The notes below the pieces were generated by a model. The model had not been told where the DNA came from. It ran no database searches and was given only the letters and a program-made list of their open reading frames with translations. The translations under genes were made by a program, and so were the position numbers. Below are positions 47,000 through 57,216 of a stretch of DNA of 64,000 nt, piece after piece. Position 1 is the first letter of the stretch, and every line of letters starts with the position of its first letter. Source of the stretch: a virus; IMG/VR virus record IMGVR_UViG_3300037193_000639, positions 1 to 64,000 of that record; one strand, written 5' to 3'.

Positions 47000-47770
47000 T
47001 TACCACTCAAGATCTTCTTCTGTTCGGTTATGCTCTACACCAATCTTTGCAAGCAGATCATAAGCGTTCCCCGGCATTTCTTCAGATTGATTACTAACTA
47101 TGAATTCAGATTCTTTAAATAAATCAACAGCAGCAGCCATAGAGAAAGGTACGTCAGTCTCAATTTTTGCTTTTTCACCGTATTGCCCTCCGACAGCATT
47201 AGCCAAATCTTCCCAACTATTTAGAGGTACGTTTTGCAAACACAGACCGATACGAAGGAGATCGCCTTTCCCAATTGTATAGCCACGCTGTTGGTACTTC
47301 AAAACCCGCATCAACGAGCCATAGGGGTAACGAGTGCCACTGTGAAAACGAAGATAACGTTGTGCAGAGTGCTTCATAAAGTCATCATGGAAGACAAACT
47401 CTTTCTTATCCAAATCATACGCTGCCATGCACACGGTATAATCGAAGGCATCAAAGATTGCCTCTGCTGTTTCAAAGAAGTCGAAATGCATCAACTGAAT
47501 GATATTATCACCTTCTGCAAATGTGACAGCTCGATCTGTTGCTGCAACACACCACAGACGTTCAGAATAAGCTAGAGTTATTGCATCAATGAAATGATCT
47601 TTAGATTTAAAGTAAAAATCTACATCGTTAATTGTCTGGTTTGTGAAGGCACTTGTCAGAGCACCACCAGCAATGAAAGCACCTTCTGGACTGAAGTGCG
47701 AGGACGCTGCTTGAATTTTTTGCAGTTCTTTGTTGTGTTGTGTCATGTTTTCCAAAATTAAAAGCCCCAC
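47000..47770 (-). CDS. nucleotidyltransferase-fold protein (CCA/poly(A) polymerase head-like; start probably 47746)
   Basis: FIAGGA.......DVDFYF, FDYTVC, R..KY..RGY. Confidence 0.7.
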   Translation of the reverse strand: MGLLILENMTQHNKELQKIQAASSHFSPEGAFIAGGALTSAFTNQTINDVDFYFKSKDHFIDAITLAYSERLWCVAATDRAVTFAEGDNIIQLMHFDFFETAEAIFDAFDYTVCMAAYDLDKKEFVFHDDFMKHSAQRYLRFHSGTRYPYGSLMRVLKYQQRGYTIGKGDLLRIGLCLQNVPLNSWEDLANAVGGQYGEKAKIETDVPFSMAAAVDLFKESEFIVSNQSEEMPGNAYDLLAKIGVEHNRTEEDLEW

Positions 47771-47816
47771 ACCCTGTTAAGAGTGCAGGGGCTGAGTTAC
47801 TTAATGTTGCAACGCA

Positions 47817-48878
47817 TCAAAAAGGCACATCGTCGTCCATGTCGCTGAAGTCAACAGGAGGAGTCTCCTCTTGCTTCGGCTTAGTAGGCTTCGCAGCTTT
47901 TGGCTTCTCTTCCTTCTTCTCTGCAGGAGCATTACCATCACGCAGAGCAAGCTGTTCAAGAACTTCAGCATACTCCTTATCGTTGTCAATGATAGCTTTG
48001 GCAACCTCCTTAGCTTTCTTGATCAACTCACCTTCATCTTCACGCTGACGAACAGCTTCCTGAATCTTCGAGCCTTCATAATCTTCAGCAAGAACAATCT
48101 TGCGAAGATCAGCTTGACGCAGCAAATCCATCTTGCAAACACCACCAAGCTCATCCTTTTCTTCCAGAAGATCCTCATCATCAAAGTTGATGGAGATCGC
48201 AGGAATCAAAGCAGCTTCAGGTTTGATACCCTTCATCAATGGAACAGGAGACTTCAGTTTCGTGTTGACGTACGTGTTACCGTCTTTCTCAGTCTTCTTA
48301 ACCTCCACGTTCATCATGAAAGGCTTGCCAAGCAGTTCACCAATGTCGTTCAGTTTCGGGTTCTTGTAATTGGCTTCGAAGATGACATCAGAGACTTTCT
48401 TACCATCATCATACTTCGCAACTCCAGCAATTTTGTAGAGTGTGGAGTTCGAGGCAAGCAACCAAGGCTTACCTTTGATGTAATTGCCCTGCGGGTCACG
48501 AGGAGCCACAGTGGTGAGGTTCACTCCTTCACTCATGCCACGAGAAACAGGGTGCAAAGGAAGGCGGATGTTTTTCACTCCAATTTCTTCCCCATAGTCG
48601 TGCGTCTGGGAGAGCAAATCAACATACACTGCAACCTTCTGCTCAAGATCTTTGCCTTCTTGCGGAACGATGATTTTGTCTTGACCGTTCTCATCTTGTT
48701 CACGCTTACCTGCGGAGTCTTTTGCGAACTTCGGTAGCTTTTTATGAACACCAAGATTGACGAGCAAGCCAATCTGCACAGCTTCCAAACCCTCTTCAGG
48801 GACAATAGGTACAAAGTCTTTCTTATCGCCATTCTGGGAGTTGGCGTTTTGATTCAATTGTTTTGGTTTAAATCCCAC
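47817..48878 (-). CDS. putative single-stranded DNA-binding protein
   Basis: Acidic DDDVPF C-terminus; LVNLG, LLGKP; lies in the replication module. Confidence 0.65.
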   Translation of the reverse strand: MGFKPKQLNQNANSQNGDKKDFVPIVPEEGLEAVQIGLLVNLGVHKKLPKFAKDSAGKREQDENGQDKIIVPQEGKDLEQKVAVYVDLLSQTHDYGEEIGVKNIRLPLHPVSRGMSEGVNLTTVAPRDPQGNYIKGKPWLLASNSTLYKIAGVAKYDDGKKVSDVIFEANYKNPKLNDIGELLGKPFMMNVEVKKTEKDGNTYVNTKLKSPVPLMKGIKPEAALIPAISINFDDEDLLEEKDELGGVCKMDLLRQADLRKIVLAEDYEGSKIQEAVRQREDEGELIKKAKEVAKAIIDNDKEYAEVLEQLALRDGNAPAEKKEEKPKAAKPTKPKQEETPPVDFSDMDDDVPF

Positions 48879-48948
48879 TTCTTTTCCTTTTAAACAAATA
48901 AATTGTGCATTACATGCACGTTAAACTTCTCATTGCTGAGAATTACTG

Positions 48949-49092
48949 TTAGCCTTTATTGGCCTTATCTTTTGCTGTCTTTCCGGGACGTGCTTTCCCA
49001 GTCAGTTTAATACAATTCTGGTGTGTGCGAGGGAATTTACCCATCGCTTTCTTATCTGCTTCAGTCATGTAATCTGCACGTTGTTTGCTCAT
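48949..49092 (-). CDS. small basic protein (47 aa, not in ORF track)
   Basis: AAGGAG SD; MSKQRADYMTEADKK...KANKG; flanked on both sides by TTCTCA-N4-TGAGAA. Confidence 0.55.
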   Translation of the reverse strand: MSKQRADYMTEADKKAMGKFPRTHQNCIKLTGKARPGKTAKDKANKG

Positions 49093-50191
49093 CTTTTCTC
49101 CTTATTTGTTCTCATGGTTGAGAATTGTTTTAATCACTTCCCAAGAACACCAAACCTTCGTCTGGGTATTCTGTGTGATATGCATACAACCCCTCTGGTC
49201 CTTGCAGGTTAGGGTAGTTTTCACTTCTTACGAGCACGTAAGTATGTTCTTCTGGATTGTCTTCGCACTCAAAGCATTCTACAAGCTTTTTAGCTTGCTT
49301 AAATGTAATTACCATTTTACTCCTTTTAGTGGCACATGTCAACAACTTTGTTGCTAATCATCCACACGAACATAGCGGGTGCTCATTGTCTCAAAGTAGC
49401 CACCCTCTCCTACATACATGATACGCGAAACCAAGGCAGGCTCTCCATTAACAACCAATGAGGATGTATGATCAATAGGAACAACATACGTCCGTTGACC
49501 TACTACCAAATTTGTTACATAGTCAATGTGCTTGTATTGCACGATAGGTTTGTATTTGACTTCTTCAGTCATTGCACGGCTCCACATTCAGGGCACTTCC
49601 AAGCCCCGTTTTCGTAATCTTCGTCTCCGAACTGACCAGCTTCAAGTCCGTACTCTTCGCAATCTTCAGGGTCAAACCCCGGAATATCGTCGTCCGATTG
49701 TTCAAACCAAAACGTCATTGTAATAATCCTCCATCATCACTGCCAACAAATCACCTTCAATCTTCCTGTACTGGCTCTCAGACAGCTTATTCAACACACT
49801 TACACCTCCATGTGTAATATCGAGGATATCAACCTCTGGAGGTTCTGTAGGACTGTCCCAAACCATATAGCAGCGCCCCGGCCAGAAGAAAAAGAAAGCT
49901 TCAGCTTCTACAGCTTCATCTGTCTCAGGATGATTAATCGTTATCGGGAAGTTGTTGTGACGACTCATCTACAGATCACCGTAATCGTCACAGAACCACC
50001 AACCCTCATCCCAATCTTCGTTTTCTTGTGTGCCGACTGGGGAAGGGTTCTCGTCTTGAGAATAGCCCATCATTGCAGCTAGTTCACCTTCTGCCATTGC
50101 TTTGGATCTATTCACTTCTTTCCAAAACTTTTCTACAACTTTCTTATAGACTTCGTAGAGAATCGTCAATTGTGTTGGAAGCCATTGCATA

Positions 50192-50488
50192 TCACACCTT
50201 CTTCCAAACAGTTGTCTCCACAACTTTAGTAATACGCTTCACCTCATACACATCAGGCTCATTGTAATACCAGTCTGTGTGGTAACTTCCAGACCGGCTT
50301 TCAGATAGGCAGAAGAAGTGGTCTTTATACTTGAAATACGTATCCTTGTATTGGTACTTATGCTCTTGTGTCCAATCATCTTCCTCTACAATCTCAATAC
50401 CTTCAATGTCTTCAAGGTCGTTGTAGGAATCTCCATACTTGCTGATTTCTAGCAGTGCTACAATCTCTTCGATTAGTTCTTTGCTCAT
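50192..50488 (-). CDS. hypothetical acidic phage protein
   Basis: SRSGSYHTDWYY...EV pattern. Confidence 0.65.
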   Translation of the reverse strand: MSKELIEEIVALLEISKYGDSYNDLEDIEGIEIVEEDDWTQEHKYQYKDTYFKYKDHFFCLSESRSGSYHTDWYYNEPDVYEVKRITKVVETTVWKKV

Positions 50489-51195
50489 TTAGCTTCTCCT
50501 CCAAGTCCAACCAACCATTGCTTCGGACGGTCATCACCTTCCTTGTACGTGTGCGCATAAGTCCATAGCATTACGATATTGCAGATGAAATGTCCACGAT
50601 GTGGAAGACCAGATTCCTTATCATTCTCTTCATCTTGCATTACACCATACAGAATATGTCGTGCTGCACATGCAATCGGTACACTCCAAGGCATCCCTTT
50701 AGCCCAGTTCCACTCGGCATACTTGCGCTTCCCGTATTCAAACACTGCAGCACATTCATCCCACTGAGAACCGATTGCTTGGATAGCGTCAATCAGGTTA
50801 TCTACACCCCCACCTTCTTGAAATATTGCAAGTGCTTCCAAAGCATCAAGTTCTGCTTCACAGAGATTGCCAAGAGCCTTTCGACGTTCTTCCACGATCA
50901 ATCGCAGGGGAATCAGTTCTAGAGGGGTCTTGCCTGCGTTGTAACGTGCCCCTGCACCTTTAGCATTGCTTGTAACGTCTCCAATGCCGTTAGGAGGTTT
51001 TACAGAAGGTTCTGCTTGAGTATTTTCCTCACAGACACGGTAGGCAACAATGTCCCCAACACTGTTTAAATGAGTCCACCTAAGACATTCACCTCGATAA
51101 CAAAACAATGGTGTACTGTCTCGAAGTTCAACATCTACCCGCACACCGTCATCTACAGGGCACTCCCCACCTTCCCACTTAATCCATTTTGTCAT
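50485..51195 (-). CDS. DUF5664-type dATP/dGTP diphosphohydrolase with N-terminal W..W.GGECPV domain
   Basis: RYNAGK..LELIP, YG..KY..WNW.KG, AARH, D.ESGLPH..H..CN. Confidence 0.8.
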   Translation of the reverse strand: MTKWIKWEGGECPVDDGVRVDVELRDSTPLFCYRGECLRWTHLNSVGDIVAYRVCEENTQAEPSVKPPNGIGDVTSNAKGAGARYNAGKTPLELIPLRLIVEERRKALGNLCEAELDALEALAIFQEGGGVDNLIDAIQAIGSQWDECAAVFEYGKRKYAEWNWAKGMPWSVPIACAARHILYGVMQDEENDKESGLPHRGHFICNIVMLWTYAHTYKEGDDRPKQWLVGLGGEAK

Positions 51196-51449
51196 TTACT
51201 CAAATACCTCGAATGAAACCACGTCGCAGCCATTGAACCAAGGCCACCACCTGTGCCAATAAAAAATACGATCCAACTTACCCCGTTTGCTGCCATCTGT
51301 GAAATCAGGAACACCTCTACAAATGCCATCAAATAGCTCGTAGGAAGAATCCACTTATATTTCTTATGAACAACATTCAACTGTTGGGTTGATCGTAGTC
51401 CCACGAAGAGGAACGCAGCGGCAAAGGCTGCAAGATATGTAAGCAACAT
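51192..51449 (-). CDS. small membrane protein
   Basis: Three hydrophobic segments; QQLNV motif. Confidence 0.6.
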   Translation of the reverse strand: MLLTYLAAFAAAFLFVGLRSTQQLNVVHKKYKWILPTSYLMAFVEVFLISQMAANGVSWIVFFIGTGGGLGSMAATWFHSRYLSK

Positions 51450-52033
51450 TATTCGTCCTCTTCGGGGTCGTCATACTCCTTTGGAAGACGCTTTCCTGTC
51501 TGCTCTACAAATTCTTCTTTGATCCAATAATCTTCATCAGTTCCACCGTCAGCGTACCATTCAGCAGCCTTCTTTTGATAAAACCTTAAAAACTCCAACT
51601 CTGTGGCTCGTCTCATTCTTCCTCCAATTCGATATCGTAATTATACTCTTCCATAAGACTTCCGTCAAGCAATTCTTCCACCATATCCTGCCCAAGCCTG
51701 TTAAAAGCAATCATCACCTTCCTCCTGTACCAGTCAATCTCTGTAATAGGCATCTTAGCGTACCCATGCTTATACAACCACTCGTACAATTTTCTAGCAT
51801 TGATTCTATAGATGTTTGTCCTTCCCTCTTCTTCAATAAGGAATTTTGCAGGGAAGTCTTTTGGGAACTTCATTGTATATGGAAAAGCAGCAAGAATGCC
51901 ATCCTTCCAATAGTGGCTTTCAATCATGGCTGCAATACAGGCCCCTACAAGACGCTCCCAGTCAACCTTTTTAGGTTTCTTGAGAGTGGCTAGGTAGTCT
52001 TTTCTTGGTTGGCCTCTACGGGGGTTTCTGGGC

Positions 52034-52300
52034 TTATCCATACCAATTATGTGTCTCTGTCCATGCCTCACTCTTAGCACCACAACATTTACACTGATTC
52101 CAATATTCTGTATAGGCTTTGTCGTAATAACTTCCACTGAAGTAACAAGACTTCTTTTCGATTTCAAGATGAGGGCACATCTCATTACGTTTCTTGCGCA
52201 GCTCAGAAGCTTTCAATTTAGCTTCATCAGCCACTTTCATAGCATGCTCTAATTCTGCCTGTACCTGCTCAAACGGTGTAGCAAATAACTCTTGTTGCAT
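52034..52300 (-). CDS. hypothetical protein (coiled coil plus CPH...CxxC)
   Basis: Directly downstream of the polymerase; starts MQQELF. Confidence 0.6.
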   Translation of the reverse strand: MQQELFATPFEQVQAELEHAMKVADEAKLKASELRKKRNEMCPHLEIEKKSCYFSGSYYDKAYTEYWNQCKCCGAKSEAWTETHNWYG

Positions 52301-52309
52301 ATTAATCCC

Positions 52310-55300
52310 TTAGTGACATTCCGCCCAATTCCTGCCAAGAATATAATCCGCAGCTAACGTGACATTCAATTTGTAATACTCGCTCGTCTCACGTACAGCT
52401 TCTTGAATCAACTCTCCGGCTTTGCACCAACCAACGTAATACCCTTTATCAGAATGACCTACTTCAGACCACGTAGGATGTTCTGCCTTGAATGCTTTAG
52501 CTTCCTCTTCAGTTTCAAACAACTTCCACTTGATCAGAGATTTGTGCACTTCCATTTGTGCTTCATCATGGTAGGCAATGAGTTGCTGTACAAAAGCTTT
52601 GCTTTTCCAGTGATCCTTCCAAAAATCCACAGTAAGTCCAGCTTCACGTAATTTCTGGTCATGAAGTACCATTGCTCGCTTTGCGCAAATAACTCCCGTA
52701 GATTGGAACAAGCTGTTAATCAGAGCACTCTTGGAACGTGTCATAATCTTACGACCATCAATGCCAAGAATAAACTTTTTCCCGCCTGTAGTCTCCCAGT
52801 AATTGGTCAACTTTTCTGCAAGTAATGCCAGAGGTTTAGCAGCATCCCAGTAGGCACCATGAATCTTTGCACCGTCTTCTACACTGCAGCCTACAGTCTT
52901 TGCTACACGCTTAGGTTGACCACCATATGCACAGCAATTACCTGTGATCGTAATCACATCACCTTGGCGCATCACCCAAGAGCCAAGTTCAGTAGTAATA
53001 CACCAGACAGGCTGTTCGCCTAGTGAAACCATCTTACTTGTCTGAAGACCTCTATGGGGCTTCTTAGTAAGGCGTACATGCTTCATCGGACGACCCTTCC
53101 AGCCTTCCTTGTGCGTTACTTGAACAGCACCATCATGCACCAAATAGGATGCAAGCAAAGCAGCTTCTTGAATATCTCCAACGTTTTGCGCCCAGTTCCA
53201 AATGTTACCCGTGTGATGTCCATCAGCAACCATGAAGCCTTCTATAAAAGTGGTACGCTGCTCGTGACTCATATCTAAGACACGCCGAACCCAATCTGCC
53301 CCATACTTGACATCAGTAATATAACCTGTTGCACATTGAGGAAATACATCCTCATTTGAATCCCACGGGGCATTCATGATGATGCTACTTTCAGTGTTAA
53401 GCTCCGATGTTACACGAACTTCATCTACAGAATCCCGAATAGAAAAATTTGGCTTACCAGTAGAAAACTCTTTTCGCTGCTTTACAAACCACCTGTGTTC
53501 TGCTGTAGCTTGGAATTTAGTCCACGAATTACCAAACTCAAACACCTCCGCAGAATCAAAGGACACCTTGTCAGTAACCCTTGTCCACTTCTTTGTCTTT
53601 GTCACAGGGTCATAACCAAGTACCAACTCTCCGACCTCAAGCTCATCAAAGTGCTTCCAACCGCTACGAGTCAAAGCCGTCGTATGCATCGGTACACAGT
53701 ATTTCACATTTTTGGCAGGAGTACGCTTGAACTCTCGTCCTAATACTTCTGAAATTCTTGCAGCAGTTTTCGTGTGCACATCGTTCGGTTTTTCCATCGT
53801 CAACGAACGGCTGTAGGATTTCTCTGCATCATCATACTTCCAACAATAATGTGCTTCCACCATTGCTTCAAGACTTGCAAAGTCATACCCTAATTGATAG
53901 AAACCCTCTTCAACATCACTACCAAACAACTCCCGCATAAGTTCCCCATACAAAGAGGTGACACGGGGGACATTAGCTACAATACGATGCTTAAACCGAG
54001 TTGTTCCAGCTCCACACGTATCAGCAGGAGTAGGTATTCGTCCATCTTGTGCGATACGTCCATTACTCAGCCAACCTTTCTCAGCCTCTTCATCCTCGTC
54101 ATCAGGATCTACCCCACCACCGAGAATGCTGTTACGACGATGGCTGTACGTCAGGAAGTCAGAGATGTCTTTAGCATGTGCAAACTTATCTACAAGAGCT
54201 GCCAACGCAGGGTCAATTTCCTTCTCGACACCAACTGTCAGTGAGGGATTAGTCAACACTTTCAGCGGACGTTTTGTGTGACTATGCTTCAGTAGTTTAT
54301 TCCTGAACTCCTGCTCTGTATCCACCTCCAGATGCTCAAACCGATCCTCCTTGAACGGACTCTCCAACGTCTGCTCAATGTATCTCATACAAGTTTCGAA
54401 ATACTTCTCTGGGGTCAACTTGTGCTTCTTAAAGTCAACGGTCAAGTCTCGCTCCTTGTATGCTGTAGGCTTCCATCCAAGACCGACTAACCACTGTTTG
54501 ATGTGTGTTGTATCTTTGATTGTAGCTGGCATGTGCGTGATGATCGGCTCTTGCGGAATGGGCAATGTGAAGCGTTTATTCTCATACCCTTCCTCATTAA
54601 AACTCGCCGTCCAATCGCCACCTTCATGCTGCTTAAGGGCTCCTCTATGTTTTTCTACCCACTTCTGAATATTAGCACTAAGGCTTCCATCTTTCTTGAA
54701 CTGAATCTTCGGGGGAATATACTCCTTCGCAGCAGTCTTTGTAAGTGGTTTAGGAGGAATCAAAGGCTCCACAATCTCCTTCAACTTCGCCATCTTTTCA
54801 TCAAGATCCCGCACGCACTCTACAGCAAGCTTCTCATTGAACTTGAAACCACGATGCTCCTGACGAGTGATAATAAGACGCACACGTTTCTCTAGCTCAT
54901 ATGCTTCTCGCCAATCCCAGTCGCCCCACTCCTTCAACAGAAATTTCCACGTCTTGATGTTTGATACAACGTCCTGCTTGTTATACACCAACATCTCGTG
55001 ATGGTACACCTTAAACTCTGCCCCCGGAGGGTCATGTGGCCCGATGAGTCCAAGTTCAATTGCTTTGGCACGCCAATCAATCTTCGCTTCGCCATGCATC
55101 TTGCCGAAGTATTCAATACTGTGGCCTGTACGGTCAGGGTTCAAGGTTTTTGACAACACCAATGTGTCAGTAATCGTAATCGGCTTTCCGCAGATCGTGT
55201 CACAAAACGTGTTGTAGAATTTATCGTTACGCCTACCTTTCGAAACTCCAATGTCAAAGTCCAGACCAAACTTCGCCATCATCACCATATGATCGTACGA

Positions 55301-55522
55301 AATCGTGTTGTGCCCAATTAGCTCAGTAGCTGTATCGAGCACGAACTCTTTCACACGTTTGGTTTCATCCTGAACAAATACGAACTCTTCCCCAGAATCT
55401 ACGTCAATGAATACTGCACAGTGTACTTCAAAACTATCTTTTAATTTGTACGGAGAGGCAGTGTAATCTACTGTAGTGTCATCCAATAGCCCATTCGCCT
55501 CAATATCCCAACACAACCTCAT
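52310..55522 (-). CDS. family A DNA polymerase containing an intein
   Basis: DIE..GL and GHN...YD exonuclease motifs, GYDFASLE motif A, AKNVKY|CCAYG motif B, YHDE motif C. Confidence 0.93.
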   Translation of the reverse strand: MRLCWDIEANGLLDDTTVDYTASPYKLKDSFEVHCAVFIDVDSGEEFVFVQDETKRVKEFVLDTATELIGHNTISYDHMVMMAKFGLDFDIGVSKGRRNDKFYNTFCDTICGKPITITDTLVLSKTLNPDRTGHSIEYFGKMHGEAKIDWRAKAIELGLIGPHDPPGAEFKVYHHEMLVYNKQDVVSNIKTWKFLLKEWGDWDWREAYELEKRVRLIITRQEHRGFKFNEKLAVECVRDLDEKMAKLKEIVEPLIPPKPLTKTAAKEYIPPKIQFKKDGSLSANIQKWVEKHRGALKQHEGGDWTASFNEEGYENKRFTLPIPQEPIITHMPATIKDTTHIKQWLVGLGWKPTAYKERDLTVDFKKHKLTPEKYFETCMRYIEQTLESPFKEDRFEHLEVDTEQEFRNKLLKHSHTKRPLKVLTNPSLTVGVEKEIDPALAALVDKFAHAKDISDFLTYSHRRNSILGGGVDPDDEDEEAEKGWLSNGRIAQDGRIPTPADTCGAGTTRFKHRIVANVPRVTSLYGELMRELFGSDVEEGFYQLGYDFASLEAMVEAHYCWKYDDAEKSYSRSLTMEKPNDVHTKTAARISEVLGREFKRTPAKNVKYCVPMHTTALTRSGWKHFDELEVGELVLGYDPVTKTKKWTRVTDKVSFDSAEVFEFGNSWTKFQATAEHRWFVKQRKEFSTGKPNFSIRDSVDEVRVTSELNTESSIIMNAPWDSNEDVFPQCATGYITDVKYGADWVRRVLDMSHEQRTTFIEGFMVADGHHTGNIWNWAQNVGDIQEAALLASYLVHDGAVQVTHKEGWKGRPMKHVRLTKKPHRGLQTSKMVSLGEQPVWCITTELGSWVMRQGDVITITGNCCAYGGQPKRVAKTVGCSVEDGAKIHGAYWDAAKPLALLAEKLTNYWETTGGKKFILGIDGRKIMTRSKSALINSLFQSTGVICAKRAMVLHDQKLREAGLTVDFWKDHWKSKAFVQQLIAYHDEAQMEVHKSLIKWKLFETEEEAKAFKAEHPTWSEVGHSDKGYYVGWCKAGELIQEAVRETSEYYKLNVTLAADYILGRNWAECH
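52937..53698 (-). mobile_element. intein (254 aa) in polymerase motif B
   Basis: Starts CVPMHTTALTRSGW; block B TAEHRW; VWCITT..GSWV; ends ITGN followed by Cys+1; one LAGLIDADG-like motif FIEGFMVADG. Confidence 0.92.
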
Positions 55523-55534
55523 CCCATCTCCTAA

Positions 55535-56257
55535 TTAACTCTCAGCCAAATATTGCATCTGTTTAGAATACTTCATCACTCGCCTCATGTCCCGCCTGAC
55601 TAGACTCTCCTGCAAATTACAGAGCGTGTCGTGCATCTTTACCGTACGTGCAAGTTCGTTCTTCTTCACACGATCTATGTAAAATTCGTAAGGCTCTCCG
55701 TCTATTTTAGTCATAGCCTTCACAGCATTGACCACATTATCCTCAAACAATTGGCAAAGTGTTTCTTCTTTGCAGTCAGTATCTTCCAAAATTTCCTTCA
55801 TTCGGTCTTGGTTGCTAACAGACTTGGGACTTGGGACGTAGACCGACAGGTGGCTTCGTTGTGGTGAGACTTGGACCAATTTAAAACAACCTGCTGCATC
55901 TAAGTAGTACTCTGGCTCGAAAGCCTCTAAAAACACGCTATCATTATCTTTTGTGTGGCTACTGTTCCAACACATATACCCTTCGTCGTCAGTGTATATT
56001 GACAAAGCTCTACAATACAAATATTTAGCCTCCCCACAATACCATTTATAACCAAGATTGAACAAAGCGTCTTGAACCTGCCTACTGTGGGAAGGGCAGG
56101 TAATTCTAATCTTCATATCTTTAAATTCACTCATTCTTTCCTCCTCGTTCACTATTTTCAAATACCCATCGTAAGTCCCATCACAATCAGGCTCTACTAC
56201 ATATAGCATACCAGAAGCCTTTAAGCGTTCAAAATCTTCTTTAGAAAGAATTTTCAT
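55535..56257 (-). CDS. chimeric protein with truncated HD (RelA/SpoT hydrolase-like) C-terminus
   Basis: EDT...L...F...V..AV..MTK...Y..YI.RV..N.LA..VK..D...NL; the LHD motif is absent. Confidence 0.6.
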   Translation of the reverse strand: MKILSKEDFERLKASGMLYVVEPDCDGTYDGYLKIVNEEERMSEFKDMKIRITCPSHSRQVQDALFNLGYKWYCGEAKYLYCRALSIYTDDEGYMCWNSSHTKDNDSVFLEAFEPEYYLDAAGCFKLVQVSPQRSHLSVYVPSPKSVSNQDRMKEILEDTDCKEETLCQLFEDNVVNAVKAMTKIDGEPYEFYIDRVKKNELARTVKMHDTLCNLQESLVRRDMRRVMKYSKQMQYLAES

Positions 56258-56571
56258 GTTTGTTCTTAAGGTTGAGAACTTGTGCTGATGATTCCACTCG
56301 ATTGCTCCTTGAACTCCCGAATTTCTTTTTGGTATCGAATGTACTCCGCTGCTTCTTGCTCTGTCCGAAAAGCCTTGATTGGTGTTACAACATTCCGTGT
56401 GAATGTGTAGCCAGTGGCAGACACATCCGACATTTCTCCTGCATACCACACCTCAAATTTGTTCCAAATCTTTGTTGGGTTGTTGATTACAGCATAAGAG
56501 TCTTTATTCAATTGTTCTCTCCCTTGGTTGATCAATGCCTACATTTTAGTGCAGGTATTTCGGTGTGTCAA

Positions 56572-57216
56572 CTATTTTCCGTGCCGTTCAGAGTACCCTG
56601 CTCCTTGTTTATTAAGCTCTTCAATCATCTTGGCTCGATATTCACAAGCTAGTCGGAAAGCTTCTTCTTCGCCATACTTTCTAATTGGGAAATTCTTTCT
56701 GTCTTCTGATCCATCTAGATTCTGCCACTTAGCTCTGTAGTATAAATTGCCTCTTCCACCATCACAAAGATGAACACCTGTGACACCAGAGTTATTGTTG
56801 ACCCGTAATACTTGGTTATGCGTATTTACCGTTCTTTCCACCAACCTCAGATTAGTGATCGAGTTGTTTAATTTATTACCATCAACATGGTCTATATCCA
56901 TGCTCAAACCCGGCTGCACATCGTTGTAGAGATACCAAATAATGCGATGTACTTGAAAGCACTTACCATTTATTCTCACAGACCAATAACCCGTGTTTAA
57001 TAAATTACCAGCAACTTTACCTACAAAACGATTTACGAACTGTTTGTGCGCTCTACCACACGAGAAATACTTCTCGCCACGATCTCTCCAACGCAATACA
57101 CCTGCATTGAAGTCAACATCAAAATAATCCCTTAGCAGGGATATGCCTGGTAATTCCTTCGTTTTCAATGCCATTAAAAATCTGCCCCATCTTCTCCGTA
57201 CGTGATAACATCCCAA
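56572..57216 (-). CDS. HNH homing endonuclease
   Basis: HRIIW, IDHVDGNKLNN.I.NLR, NNSGVTGV. Confidence 0.88.
   Translation of the reverse strand: MGCYHVRRRWGRFLMALKTKELPGISLLRDYFDVDFNAGVLRWRDRGEKYFSCGRAHKQFVNRFVGKVAGNLLNTGYWSVRINGKCFQVHRIIWYLYNDVQPGLSMDIDHVDGNKLNNSITNLRLVERTVNTHNQVLRVNNNSGVTGVHLCDGGRGNLYYRAKWQNLDGSEDRKNFPIRKYGEEEAFRLACEYRAKMIEELNKQGAGYSERHGK

Noticed and set aside
50048-50062. TTCTCG-TCT-TGAGAA as another 6-4-6 site
   Set aside because: 3-nt spacer plus a mismatch; not counted.
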